IMG/VR virus record: IMGVR_UViG_3300009128_001633
Span: 31,857 to 95,856 of that record
Source of the DNA: a virus
DNA: 64,000 nt
Reading direction: 5' to 3' (one strand)
In this document: positions 49,057 through 58,471 of the stretch, piece after piece
How the letters are laid out: each line of letters starts with the position of its first letter
How positions within the stretch are numbered: the first letter of the stretch is position 1
Program-made: the position numbers and the translations under genes
Notes under the pieces: model-generated
What the model saw: the letters and a program-made list of their open reading frames with translations, nothing else
Told to the model about the DNA's origin: nothing
Databases searched by the model: none

Positions 49057-49686
49057 CTACTTCTTTTCTACTAAACGAAGACCCTTTTTCCTGAAAGACC
49101 TACCAATAGCTTCGTTTTCCATTTTATTTTGCTCTTCTTCTGTAAAAGAAACACCGTCGCCTATATTGGTTTCCTCATTATAGTTAGCACGCTGAGAAGT
49201 AGGAATGGCTTCAAGAATCTTAAGAACAGCTTCGCGAATTGTAAGTTCAAGATCAACACTCTTCTCTTCTTCGCCTTCACCAATTGTTTCAGTAAATTTT
49301 ATAATCCTATCCTCTTCCTGATCACTAAGCATAATCTCTTTGGCAATACTAACAACAGCAGGATGATGATGTTTATCAGTAAGAAGCTTATCACAAATCC
49401 GATCAATCTCAACAACACGAGCTCTTTCATCACTCGCAATCTGTTTACTATGAAGTGTTTTTGTCTTCTCTTCATATTTTTCAATTTTATCAGACATTTC
49501 CTTCATTTCTTTTTTCTGTTCAAGGATGAAATCTTGCAACTCTTTATTGTTATCATCTGAAGATTCATCAAGCTTTTTCTGAAGCTCATCATTCTTTTTC
49601 TCAAGCTCCTCGTTCATTGCTTGCAAATCTTCAAGAGTCACATCTTCATCCTTAACAGCAGGATCACGTTTAATATCTTTTTTCAT
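49057..49686 (-). CDS. Nested in-frame scaffolding protein
   Basis: Internal AAGGAGGTAAATAGT-ATG at 49686; acidic coiled coil, as with Mu gpZ inside gpI. Confidence 0.7.
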   Translation of the reverse strand: MKKDIKRDPAVKDEDVTLEDLQAMNEELEKKNDELQKKLDESSDDNNKELQDFILEQKKEMKEMSDKIEKYEEKTKTLHSKQIASDERARVVEIDRICDKLLTDKHHHPAVVSIAKEIMLSDQEEDRIIKFTETIGEGEEEKSVDLELTIREAVLKILEAIPTSQRANYNEETNIGDGVSFTEEEQNKMENEAIGRSFRKKGLRLVEKK

Positions 49687-50244
49687 ACTATTTACCTCCT
49701 TGGTTTGTAATCTATAAACAGAAACGTCGGAATCATCACTGTTTAATGAAAATTCTATTTTCTTCAGTTTAGAAATAAATGGTCTATTAGTTAAAGCTCC
49801 ACCCATTATGGCCGGACCAAATTCTTCACCACTTTCTGGATCCTCATAGTTATCACTGTATTCAATGCTAAAATATCCATAACGTTTCTTTTCAATGCTA
49901 TCTTTACCCTCTTCAGTAAGTTCAGTTGTCCCTATGAGTACGCCTTCTTCAATCTTAAGTTCTTTTAACCAACCACTTGCAGCTTCAGCTTTGTGATTCC
50001 AATCAAAACTAATCTCTCTACCAACTATCTCTTCGTTAAAATTAGTGACCATACTTTCAAGCATTTCTTCAGTAATTTCAAGATCACCATAAATCTTATG
50101 CTTGAAATCCCCTACCCTAAGCATTTCAATATTAACAAAATTTTCAGCTAATTCAGATACAATTTCCGAATCTAAAGAGACTATGCTGAAAAACTTGCCT
50201 TTATCAAAATGCACATCAGATAATTTCTTTCTTTTTTTGCCCAT
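49057..50244 (-). CDS. Mu gpI-like prohead protease/scaffold
   Basis: FDWNH..AASGW...YGYFSIEY...GGALTNRPF; C-terminal coiled coil. Confidence 0.9.
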   Translation of the reverse strand: MGKKRKKLSDVHFDKGKFFSIVSLDSEIVSELAENFVNIEMLRVGDFKHKIYGDLEITEEMLESMVTNFNEEIVGREISFDWNHKAEAASGWLKELKIEEGVLIGTTELTEEGKDSIEKKRYGYFSIEYSDNYEDPESGEEFGPAIMGGALTNRPFISKLKKIEFSLNSDDSDVSVYRLQTKEVNSMKKDIKRDPAVKDEDVTLEDLQAMNEELEKKNDELQKKLDESSDDNNKELQDFILEQKKEMKEMSDKIEKYEEKTKTLHSKQIASDERARVVEIDRICDKLLTDKHHHPAVVSIAKEIMLSDQEEDRIIKFTETIGEGEEEKSVDLELTIREAVLKILEAIPTSQRANYNEETNIGDGVSFTEEEQNKMENEAIGRSFRKKGLRLVEKK

Positions 50245-50253
50245 AGCATCTCC

Positions 50254-50892
50254 TTAAATTAATTTACCAGCAATCTCACAATTACTATTCTTCTTCTTAT
50301 CGCAATGTTTATTCAAAAGACGTTTAGCCTTAGAAGCTATTTTTGGTCTTTTTGGAGCTCCACGAGCTCCACGAGCAGCACTATACGCAGCCTTAAGACC
50401 TCCACAATTAACAGTACCATCAGCATTTTTATATGGAAACTTTTTCTCTTTTGGCATGAGAAAATGATTAGAAGGAACTTTCTTACGAGCAGTAGGAGCA
50501 GTCCATAATGAAATTGCACCAAACTCCTGCAAAATAACCCTATATTCAGTTTCTTCTAGATCAAACATACTTTGATCAGGCGGAGGATCATACCCACTAC
50601 TTGCCATTTTTAAATCATCCGGCAATGTATCATCCAAATCACTATCCCAATCATCATACCAATGACCACTCCCATTATCAATAAGAATTCTAGCAATGGA
50701 AGTATGTATCTCTTCTAATGACTTTTCTGAATAGCCTTTCAAACTCTCTTCACCAACAAGAAGCGAAACTGCTCTGCGAAGTTTGTAAAGATAATGAACA
50801 TCCCTATGGTCTTTACTTGTTGCAGAAGTAATAACTATAACACTGCCATCATCCTCTAACAACTTCTTTTTTGGTTCAAAGATTTTAAACAT
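50254..50892 (-). CDS. Head-module hypothetical protein
   Basis: Acidic N part; basic C domain RKKVPSNHFLMPKEKKFPY...GLKAA. Confidence 0.6.
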   Translation of the reverse strand: MFKIFEPKKKLLEDDGSVIVITSATSKDHRDVHYLYKLRRAVSLLVGEESLKGYSEKSLEEIHTSIARILIDNGSGHWYDDWDSDLDDTLPDDLKMASSGYDPPPDQSMFDLEETEYRVILQEFGAISLWTAPTARKKVPSNHFLMPKEKKFPYKNADGTVNCGGLKAAYSAARGARGAPKRPKIASKAKRLLNKHCDKKKNSNCEIAGKLI

Positions 50893-50904
50893 AACTAAGC
50901 TCCC

Positions 50905-51234
50905 TTAATATGCATATTGGATCATAACTTGATGTCCGCTAAGATCAGTCAAATAAGTAATTGTGCCACTTGCTCTTGAATAATCAGTATCCTCAACTCT
51001 TTGAGTGAGCGTATTGGCAGTCCCCTGAGCAGTAGCAATGGTCATGAAATTAAAGACCCCACCACTTATTGGAGTTTGCGCAAGGGCCTTAGTCGCACCA
51101 CTGGAATCACCAACAAAGCATTCAGTTTGGATTTTGAACGGTCCAACAATCTTAGGAGCTGCATCAGCAGAAAGGATGCCTATTTCACGCAACTCCCTAA
51201 TTAATGGATGATTTACACCTACATTAATTGACAT
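50905..51234 (-). CDS. Small virion beta-domain protein
   Basis: Strong AGGAGG RBS; VEDTDYS..SGTITY. Confidence 0.6.
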   Translation of the reverse strand: MSINVGVNHPLIRELREIGILSADAAPKIVGPFKIQTECFVGDSSGATKALAQTPISGGVFNFMTIATAQGTANTLTQRVEDTDYSRASGTITYLTDLSGHQVMIQYAY

Positions 51235-51266
51235 AACATACCTCCTATAATTTTAATAATAATTCA

Positions 51267-51512
51267 TCACTCTGAGCAAAAACCAAGACATTTACCATCA
51301 GCATCAAGATGCACATCCATTCCCTGACAAACATAAATGTCAAACTCATCGATTTTCTTATTCCATTTGCAATCATTGTTATCACAGGTCATGGAAACTT
51401 TACCTAATTTACAAAAACCACCTTTCATCCAATGTGCGCACATCTTAGCTTGACAAACATACTTGCCATCGACCTTTTCCCAAGTACATTCTGAACTATC
51501 ATCACTCATCAT
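51267..51512 (-). CDS. Cys-rich small protein
   Basis: Nine Cys in 81 aa; overlaps the portal stop. Confidence 0.6.
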   Translation of the reverse strand: MMSDDSSECTWEKVDGKYVCQAKMCAHWMKGGFCKLGKVSMTCDNNDCKWNKKIDEFDIYVCQGMDVHLDADGKCLGFCSE

Positions 51513-53742
51513 TGCCCTCCTCAGTAAGTTTTTTCAGCAAATACACTTGAATAAAATGTTTATGCTCACCATTCTCATCTTCTTCAACGTCACCTTCCGT
51601 ACTATAGGTATCCATTACAGTTAAATTGTTAACAACAAATGTATCCTTGAGTTCAGCAGAATCAAAATTAACCTCAACAGTATCTTCATCACCATAATAT
51701 TCTGTCTTTTCATACATAAAGACCAGAACAATACCACCTTCTTTAGTAACTCTACTTATTTCACCAAAACTTTTATCCATATTAGTAGAATGAAGTACAG
51801 AAAGTGAATACACTAGATCAAACTCCTCATCATCAAACTCTAAATTTTCTGCATCACCGACCATATACTCAACATTTTCATGGTTATTACTCTTTATAGC
51901 AGCATCTATGGCAACAGGAGTTATATCTATAGATATAACTTTATATCCACTTTCACCAAAATATTTACTATCTCTGCCATTACCACACCCTATTTCTAAT
52001 ATATTCCCTTTTGTTTTATTAACTTTTTCATTAGCTATTAAAACCTCTGCCAAATCAGAATGTTCATCAGAATCAGCCCAATGGACTTCACCAGACTTAT
52101 ATGCATCTAACCATCCTTTTTTATCTATATCTTTAAATTTAAGAATCTTATCATTCTTAACATTCCAAACCCTTTCTGATTTCTTAACAGGTTCACGCTT
52201 CACTTCTTTAGCAGCAGGTTTACGTTTTACTTCTTTTTCCTCCTTTTCTTTTTTTGGAGTTTCCTTAGGAGAGACATTTGGATCAATGCCAGCACCAGAA
52301 TTTTCATACTCTTCTTCTACTGGAATTATCGGAATACCCAAAACATCACTCATTTGCTTGATACTTGGCATCACTGTAGGTATAACTCCGGCCTTCATCC
52401 AAGTATTCATGTTCTGAATAATTGATACCATTATTTCCTTAAGAATACGCCTCCTATCATATTGTATTTTTTCAATTTTAACACGACATGGGACAATTTT
52501 CTTTGGATTAAAGTTAAATTGAACAATAGGTGGTATCAATTGAGCATTAACCGAATCAGCTAATTCGCTAGCCAAACCCTCTTCACTTAGCAAAAAAATC
52601 TCAGCATGAGAAGAAGCCATACTGAAGCTACCAGTTGAAAGATCTTGCGTCATAACTCTTTCTGGAGTTAACAAACCTCTTAATATTTGAGCATTTAAAT
52701 GATTAAGTGCATTTACAAACATTTCACCACGACGATCATCTGCCAAATACTCTATTGCCCACTGATTACCACCTTCCCTATCAGCTTCATACGGTAAAGT
52801 AACTGTACTATTTTCCAACAAATTTTGCGAGATTCTTAATGCTATTTCAGAATTATCATATTCAGTACCATCCAACGTAACACCACCACCTATTGGATGA
52901 GTAACAACAGTGGCAGGACTTCCCTTCCTCTCAAAATATCTCAACATAAACTGTGTTAAGACCTCTTTCCAATACCATGATTTATAGGCAGCTTTCAAAC
53001 GAGCATTACCAAAAAAGTTACCAAATTCGTCGCCAACTGTAAATAACAAACATTTCTCAGCATCTAATTTGATATTCTGACCACTTATATTCTGAACTAT
53101 TCCAATAAAATCATCCGTCTTACTATCAGTTCTAATTTTAATCGTAGCAGGATAATGTGCTTTGATCTTCTTCCATACTTCTGCCTTACCACTAAAATGG
53201 GTTTTCTTTCTACCATTTGGACTTTGAGAAGATATATCTATGTCTAACAATTCCCATATTATTTCATGACTCGCAAAACCAAAGTCAATTGAAGTCAACA
53301 TAGAAATTATTAGTTTTTTCCATACCCTTGTTAATGCTTCCTTAACAAACTCCCTTATATCAGGATCCTCACATTCTATAGTCCATCCCAATGAAACTAT
53401 TGGCATTTTAATCATTGCTAGACCAATTGCAATCTGGGGATCCGTCTTCATTTTAATATATGTATCAATTGGAATTGTATCTGGATTATAAACACCTATT
53501 GTTTCTGAACCAAAAGCAGCAGCAGTCAAAGGACTACCGTGTCTTGTTACATCCCTATGCATAGCAGTTTTCTTAAACTTAGCTTGTTGAGTGGATAAAT
53601 AAACCCTCATTTCATCACGAACATCTTTAGGCATACCTCTTTGTCTCATTAGAGATATTAACCTTCTACCACCCTCAGGATATGAATGTGCTCTGTAATT
53701 CAAAAAGTTAGGGTCAATTACTCTTGCTATGGTCTGTTTCAT
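51502..53742 (-). CDS. Portal protein (Mu gp29/DUF935-like) fused to C-terminal SAM-dependent methyltransferase
   Basis: MLTSIDFGFASHEIIW...GNFFG..LKAAY..WYWK..FERKGSP...GSFSMASSH...LIPPIVQFNF; then ILEIGCGNGRD...SIDI...GDAE..FDLVYSLSVLH..KEGG. Confidence 0.9.
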   Translation of the reverse strand: MKQTIARVIDPNFLNYRAHSYPEGGRRLISLMRQRGMPKDVRDEMRVYLSTQQAKFKKTAMHRDVTRHGSPLTAAAFGSETIGVYNPDTIPIDTYIKMKTDPQIAIGLAMIKMPIVSLGWTIECEDPDIREFVKEALTRVWKKLIISMLTSIDFGFASHEIIWELLDIDISSQSPNGRKKTHFSGKAEVWKKIKAHYPATIKIRTDSKTDDFIGIVQNISGQNIKLDAEKCLLFTVGDEFGNFFGNARLKAAYKSWYWKEVLTQFMLRYFERKGSPATVVTHPIGGGVTLDGTEYDNSEIALRISQNLLENSTVTLPYEADREGGNQWAIEYLADDRRGEMFVNALNHLNAQILRGLLTPERVMTQDLSTGSFSMASSHAEIFLLSEEGLASELADSVNAQLIPPIVQFNFNPKKIVPCRVKIEKIQYDRRRILKEIMVSIIQNMNTWMKAGVIPTVMPSIKQMSDVLGIPIIPVEEEYENSGAGIDPNVSPKETPKKEKEEKEVKRKPAAKEVKREPVKKSERVWNVKNDKILKFKDIDKKGWLDAYKSGEVHWADSDEHSDLAEVLIANEKVNKTKGNILEIGCGNGRDSKYFGESGYKVISIDITPVAIDAAIKSNNHENVEYMVGDAENLEFDDEEFDLVYSLSVLHSTNMDKSFGEISRVTKEGGIVLVFMYEKTEYYGDEDTVEVNFDSAELKDTFVVNNLTVMDTYSTEGDVEEDENGEHKHFIQVYLLKKLTEEGNDE

Positions 53743-55595
53743 CTTCCTAAATTCTCCCGAAATATTGGAACTTCAAACTGATCCATATGATTAGGAATAG
53801 CAGGAAACTTATTCCAATTAACACCATGTATATCTGGAAGTTTCTTAAACTCTCTTGGACGTGTTGCGGGAATTAATCTCTTTGAAATAATCGGAGTAGA
53901 AAGTGAAGATCCTATTAATCTAACTCTATGCATTTGTGCAAGCTTTCCAGCAGACGACGCTAATGCTAAAGCCCAAAACTTATCACCATGATGACGCCGT
54001 CTTTCACTTGGACTAACTTCATATTTTATAATAGCACCTTCCATTACCTTTCTTTTAATACTATGTATCTGCCTTATTAAACCCTTATCGTTTGGATAGG
54101 CCAATGTCTGATCTTCCATCCGCAGCTTTACATTGGTCGCCATTTCACCCTTATTAGCATTATTGAACTTCACATCCTCAATTCTACTATGAAATTTGTG
54201 TCTAAGATCCTCAGCAAGATTATCACCTTGCCCAGTTGAATCTATTTTCATTTTATTTATAGGCATTAAGCCAAATAACTTTTCAACAGTCTGAAATTGC
54301 TTCCTATATCTAGTTTTTCTAAGAGAAATTATTAATCTAACAACTTGTAAAAAATCCAATTCAGGAATTTCCTCTAAAACAAATATCTCAGATGAATCCT
54401 CCCTTCTACCTATATCGTATCCTGCAAATAACCTTTTGCTAACTATTCCCTTGCTAATAGCATGAGATAGTTCTTCCATTGTTTTATATATTTTAAAATT
54501 AAAGTCAGGATAAATAGGATTGGTATAAACAGGATTGTCACCGTATAAATCACCTTCCTCAACACTAGCAAATCCCATCAATGCTTCGAAAGTACATTGC
54601 TTAATTAAATCCATCGGATAGTATGAAACAGACTCATCTATGGCTTCTAACTCATATTCCTGTTGAAAATACTCTATCAACATGCTATTAAAAGCCTGTT
54701 TAATAGCTTCGTTTCCAAACTGCAATACTCTATCTTCTGTTTCTAACTCTAAAGCTACTTTATGGATTTCATCAAAATTTCTAACAGCATCTTCATTTAA
54801 AAAGTCAGGATTATTCCACCAATACACTCTGTGTCTTGAATAATTACTATAAGTCTCGATATCACTACCTATTTCATAATGTAAACCTGACTGTCCCAAT
54901 GGAGAAGAAGCCATACTTAGCTGACCAAATCCACGAGTTACTATTGGAACAGCAGCAATATAAACTTTCTCAGGCCATTGATAATGTGCTATCTCATCAA
55001 GAAATACATCAGTATTATAACCCTTACCACGAGGTTCTCGTTGAGGATGACTTATAAGGCGAGTGCGTGTTTTCCTGCCATCAGGGAGTTTTCCCTCCCA
55101 TTCAAGAGCAGTAACACGATCAACCACAAGTTTTTTCTTGTATTTATAAGGAACACTTTCATTAAGAGTTCTTGCATAAGTTATCTTTTCATTAGCTTCA
55201 TCCTGATTAAATGATACAAATATACCAGTATATATGTCAAGCAGTTGGCTCTTAGCATAACCTTCACAAGAAAATCCATAGGATTGTCCAATTTGACGAC
55301 TTTTATCACAGTGACGATATTTACTGCGATCACTCATGAAATCTCTCTGATATGAATAGAGGCAGGTTGGTTCAAGGTTGGTTTCCGTCAAGGTCTCTAT
55401 GTAACCAACCTCATTTGATATTTTATCAATGAAATTACTTCCAGCACGTTTTCTAGCTTTAATAACCTCCTTTTTATAATCCTCCAAGTTATCACGAGGA
55501 TCCTTTTTAGACAGAATCAGCGGACCCGTAACCGGAGTCCGCTTAACTTTACCCTTTAAAACAGGAGTTCTTTTAATAGCAGGAGTTCTTTTCAT
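53739..55595 (-). CDS. terL: Terminase large subunit (Mu gp28-like)
   Basis: KSRQIGQS Walker A, VFLDEIAH Walker B, FQQEYE, GYDIGR nuclease motif, HGDKFWALALA. Confidence 0.93.
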   Translation of the reverse strand: MKRTPAIKRTPVLKGKVKRTPVTGPLILSKKDPRDNLEDYKKEVIKARKRAGSNFIDKISNEVGYIETLTETNLEPTCLYSYQRDFMSDRSKYRHCDKSRQIGQSYGFSCEGYAKSQLLDIYTGIFVSFNQDEANEKITYARTLNESVPYKYKKKLVVDRVTALEWEGKLPDGRKTRTRLISHPQREPRGKGYNTDVFLDEIAHYQWPEKVYIAAVPIVTRGFGQLSMASSPLGQSGLHYEIGSDIETYSNYSRHRVYWWNNPDFLNEDAVRNFDEIHKVALELETEDRVLQFGNEAIKQAFNSMLIEYFQQEYELEAIDESVSYYPMDLIKQCTFEALMGFASVEEGDLYGDNPVYTNPIYPDFNFKIYKTMEELSHAISKGIVSKRLFAGYDIGRREDSSEIFVLEEIPELDFLQVVRLIISLRKTRYRKQFQTVEKLFGLMPINKMKIDSTGQGDNLAEDLRHKFHSRIEDVKFNNANKGEMATNVKLRMEDQTLAYPNDKGLIRQIHSIKRKVMEGAIIKYEVSPSERRRHHGDKFWALALASSAGKLAQMHRVRLIGSSLSTPIISKRLIPATRPREFKKLPDIHGVNWNKFPAIPNHMDQFEVPIFRENLGR

Positions 55596-56102
55596 TTATC
55601 GCTTATCGTTCAGATTAACAACTTTTTTACCATTAGTACGATCGGTTTTATACTTTTTTCTTGCTTCAGCTAAAGAATCCTCACCATCATCCTCCTCAGA
55701 TATTTCTTTACCTTTCTGTTCACCGTCACCAACACTGAGGAACTTTTTATTAAAATTACCATCAAGTCTTAACTCAGACTGTAATTGCACCATTATTCTA
55801 AGCAATTCTTTAAATGGAATGTTATCTAATGCACCTTCCTCATCTAATCTTCTTTCTATTTCTCTATAAACTGGTTTTAGGTATTTATTAATTCTTTTTG
55901 TACGATAAGTTCTATCAAGATCTATGTTTCCATCAAAAAGTTTAAGAACTTTTAACTTAAACTTGATATCGCTTTTCCATGACCTAAGCGTACTCATTTT
56001 AACACCGACTTTCTTAGCAACTTGTTTATCACTCATCTGTTTTCCAGAAGCCATAAGTCTAGCTGCTTTTTCTTGTTCTATGGATAAACCATTTTTCGGC
56101 AT
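55596..56102 (-). CDS. terS: Terminase small subunit (HTH)
   Basis: LSIEQEKAARLMASG...VAKKVGV..STLRSWK; AGGAG RBS; precedes terL. Confidence 0.75.
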   Translation of the reverse strand: MPKNGLSIEQEKAARLMASGKQMSDKQVAKKVGVKMSTLRSWKSDIKFKLKVLKLFDGNIDLDRTYRTKRINKYLKPVYREIERRLDEEGALDNIPFKELLRIMVQLQSELRLDGNFNKKFLSVGDGEQKGKEISEEDDGEDSLAEARKKYKTDRTNGKKVVNLNDKR

Positions 56103-56360
56103 AGCAACACTCCTAAACAAACCAATACGCCACAAATAAATGTCTGCAACGTATCAGTTAGGAAGAAAGAAAACGAAAAATAAAATCTTATTCATTATTT
56201 TACATATACCGTAAATAGAATAAACATTTAATCTTTTTTACAATTTTGACAACAGAAATTAGTATGATCAAAACGCTTTCCATAGTACAGAAAACTCTAA
56301 AAAACAAATTACAACTTTAATGTATTTTACTGTATATAATAGGTTAAGTGCAATCTTTAA
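56103..56360. promoter_or_regulatory. Divergent AT-rich control region between late operon and plus-strand block
   Basis: Strand switch point; TATAAT at 56335-56340; no well-spaced -35 identified. Confidence 0.45.
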
Positions 56361-57302
56361 ATGAAGGGAGTCCATATGGAAATAGTGGTCATAGACAGCA
56401 GTTATTTGACATACAAATCATTCTACGCACTCAAGAACAAACATTTATTTGTCAAGAAGGATGGTGAAAAAATAATAACAAGTGCTGTATTTGGATTTGT
56501 ACGAGAAGTAATAAATCTAACAACAAAATATAAGTATAACTTCATTATATGTGCTTGGGATGCACCACCATATATAAAGAAAACAAAAGTTAGTTCATAT
56601 AAAGAAAGACCAAGAACTGATACACCTGAATTAATTTCTGAAAAAGAAATTATAAAAGCAATAATGTTCGACTTAAACATCCCTTCCATAATAGCAAAAG
56701 GTTATGAAGGTGAAGAAGTTGCAGCATCAATAATAGACAGATTAAATGACAATAAAATAGATCTATATACGAATGATGAAGACTGCTACGCACTGATATC
56801 AAACAGAACAAGTATTGTTAATTCAAAAGACGCTTCACTAATAAGATTTAAAGCAGAAAATCTCAACAAAAAATACAAAGTAACACCAGAACAATTTACA
56901 CACTTTAAGACATTAACAGGATGTAAATCAGACCATATATCTGGAGTAGAAGGCATCGGACCAGTATATGCATCATGGCTCATAAATAAGTTTGGTACAA
57001 TAAGCGGTATAATGGAAAATATAGATAGAATAGAAAAAGAAAAACCAAAAATAGCAGAAAAAATAATAAGATCAATGAAAGACAGAAGTATAATGGTTTC
57101 AAAATATTTAGTTAAAATAAATAGACCAAAAAAATTGCTACAAATAATCCCATCAGAAAGTTTAACTTATAATGAAATATTAGAATATTTAGAAGCAAAT
57201 TCATTTCTAAGAGGATCTAATCTTATAGCTTTAAAATTTATAAAAAAGAATCAGAGAAAATTAATAAAAAAGATAAGAAAGGTTGTGAAATGGAAAAACT
57301 AA
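56361..57302 (+). CDS. 5'-3' exonuclease/flap endonuclease (PolI N-terminal/T5 FEN-like)
   Basis: VIDSS..YKSFYA; AWDAP; YK.R; GYEGEE; TNDED; LTGCKSDHISGVEGIG. Confidence 0.9.
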   Translation: MKGVHMEIVVIDSSYLTYKSFYALKNKHLFVKKDGEKIITSAVFGFVREVINLTTKYKYNFIICAWDAPPYIKKTKVSSYKERPRTDTPELISEKEIIKAIMFDLNIPSIIAKGYEGEEVAASIIDRLNDNKIDLYTNDEDCYALISNRTSIVNSKDASLIRFKAENLNKKYKVTPEQFTHFKTLTGCKSDHISGVEGIGPVYASWLINKFGTISGIMENIDRIEKEKPKIAEKIIRSMKDRSIMVSKYLVKINRPKKLLQIIPSESLTYNEILEYLEANSFLRGSNLIALKFIKKNQRKLIKKIRKVVKWKN

Positions 57303-57463
57303 TAATGCCATTTGGTGAATATGCAGGTGAATATTTAGAAGATGTTGTGACAGAAAAAACAGATTATATTAAATGGTTAATGAATCAAGACTGGTTTAAA
57401 TACAAATTCAAAAACTTGTACAGAGAAGCTGAAAAATTACTAGAAGAAATGGGAATTAATTAA
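57290..57463 (+). CDS. Small MPFG-x-Y-x-G protein (DUF3820/ExoX C-terminal-like)
   Basis: Hand translation MEKLIMPFGEYAGEYLEDV...DYIKWL; below ORF track cut-off. Confidence 0.7.
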   Translation: MEKLIMPFGEYAGEYLEDVVTEKTDYIKWLMNQDWFKYKFKNLYREAEKLLEEMGIN

Positions 57464-57523
57464 AAATGCACTTTTTTATTATAACTTTACATCTTTTTTT
57501 GTACATACATAGTGTAATAAAAT

Positions 57524-57646
57524 CCTTTCCGTTTTCCTTGTCAGTGTATGTGTTGAGATCGTTTTTTGTCATGTTTCTTTTCTTCGTAGTCTCCTCCTTT
57601 CTTAAGAGTCACCAACCAAGCGGGGCATTGGTTGGTGACTTTTTTT
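57524..57646 (+). ncRNA. Candidate anti-Shine-Dalgarno sRNA ending in an intrinsic terminator
   Basis: Pyrimidine-rich, contains CTCCTCCTTT; 13-bp stem AGTCACCAACCAA/TTGGTTGGTGACT followed by a T run. Confidence 0.45.
57607..57646 (+). terminator. Intrinsic terminator
   Basis: Perfect 13-bp stem, 8-nt loop, T tract. Confidence 0.8.
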
Positions 57647-57659
57647 ATGGATAAATATA

Positions 57660-57968
57660 ATGATTAAAGATCTCATACATCCTAAATACATAGCTTATCT
57701 TGAACATAGAACAGGTGATGACTTGTCATTACTGTTCTCCCACATAGCGTTTTATATACCGAAAAAAAAAGCCAAACACATTAAGAAAAATAAAACTTAC
57801 AAAACATTTTTAAGATGGAAAAGTTTAAAATTAATAAGTTTTAATGTAACAAGCATAGAAAAATTGTCAAGAAGAACTAACACTAATATGTTGCCACAAG
57901 AAGTAGAAACTATGAAGTTTAGAAGTTTATTATTAATAAAAGGCAAACTAAAAAAAGGGAGGAGTTAA
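57660..57968 (+). CDS. Hypothetical basic protein
   Basis: ORF; composition matches the plus-strand block. Confidence 0.5.
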   Translation: MIKDLIHPKYIAYLEHRTGDDLSLLFSHIAFYIPKKKAKHIKKNKTYKTFLRWKSLKLISFNVTSIEKLSRRTNTNMLPQEVETMKFRSLLLIKGKLKKGRS

Positions 57969-58047
57969 AATGAAGAACTTCAATGTTTTTTTAATTAGAA
58001 ATTTTGTTTTAAAATAGAAGGAGAATAAATGATTCCTTATATAGAAA

Positions 58048-58461
58048 GTGGGAGGGTGTAGAATTATGTGTTTACATAGGCTTAAAAAAGATATTAAAAT
58101 TAGAAAAGAAAAAGGATTTAATGTTGGATTTAAAAGATTTAGAAAAGATAGTAAAGGAAATTTATATTCATGTTTTAGAGGGAAAAGAAAAAGATATCAA
58201 GTAGGAAAGTGGCTGAATCAAAAAGATTTTAGAGAACATCCTGAAATGGATTATATAGGATGTGATTCTGCATCAGATTTTTATTATAAAACAGGTTTTC
58301 ATATATATACTGGAAAATCATTTGTAGGTTTTAGAAAAGTTTATTTTAGAAAAGTAGTTGCTAGAGGTTTAGAAGTTAATGATGAGATTATTGTAGCAGA
58401 AGAAATGTATATAGTTCCTTTTAAAGATCTTACTAAAGAAGAAAGAAAATTATATAAATAA
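58048..58461 (+). CDS. Hypothetical phage protein
   Basis: GGAGG before MCLHR (58066); YKTGFHIY motif. Confidence 0.6.
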   Translation: MGGCRIMCLHRLKKDIKIRKEKGFNVGFKRFRKDSKGNLYSCFRGKRKRYQVGKWLNQKDFREHPEMDYIGCDSASDFYYKTGFHIYTGKSFVGFRKVYFRKVVARGLEVNDEIIVAEEMYIVPFKDLTKEERKLYK

Positions 58462-58471
58462 AGGAGTTAAA

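Noticed and set aside
2112-55214. Numerous plus-strand ORFs within the late region (e.g. 19899-20375, 38677-39024, 51908-52417)
   Set aside because: Antisense shadows of well-supported minus-strand genes, with no RBS or motifs.
49057-55595. Transposable Mu-like phage assignment
   Set aside because: Only the head-packaging genes are Mu-type; no transposase or Mu ends are visible, and the capsid and tail are lambda-like.
57466-57654. 62-aa Phe-rich ORF
   Set aside because: Low-complexity translation of a T-rich stretch that runs through a terminator; no RBS.
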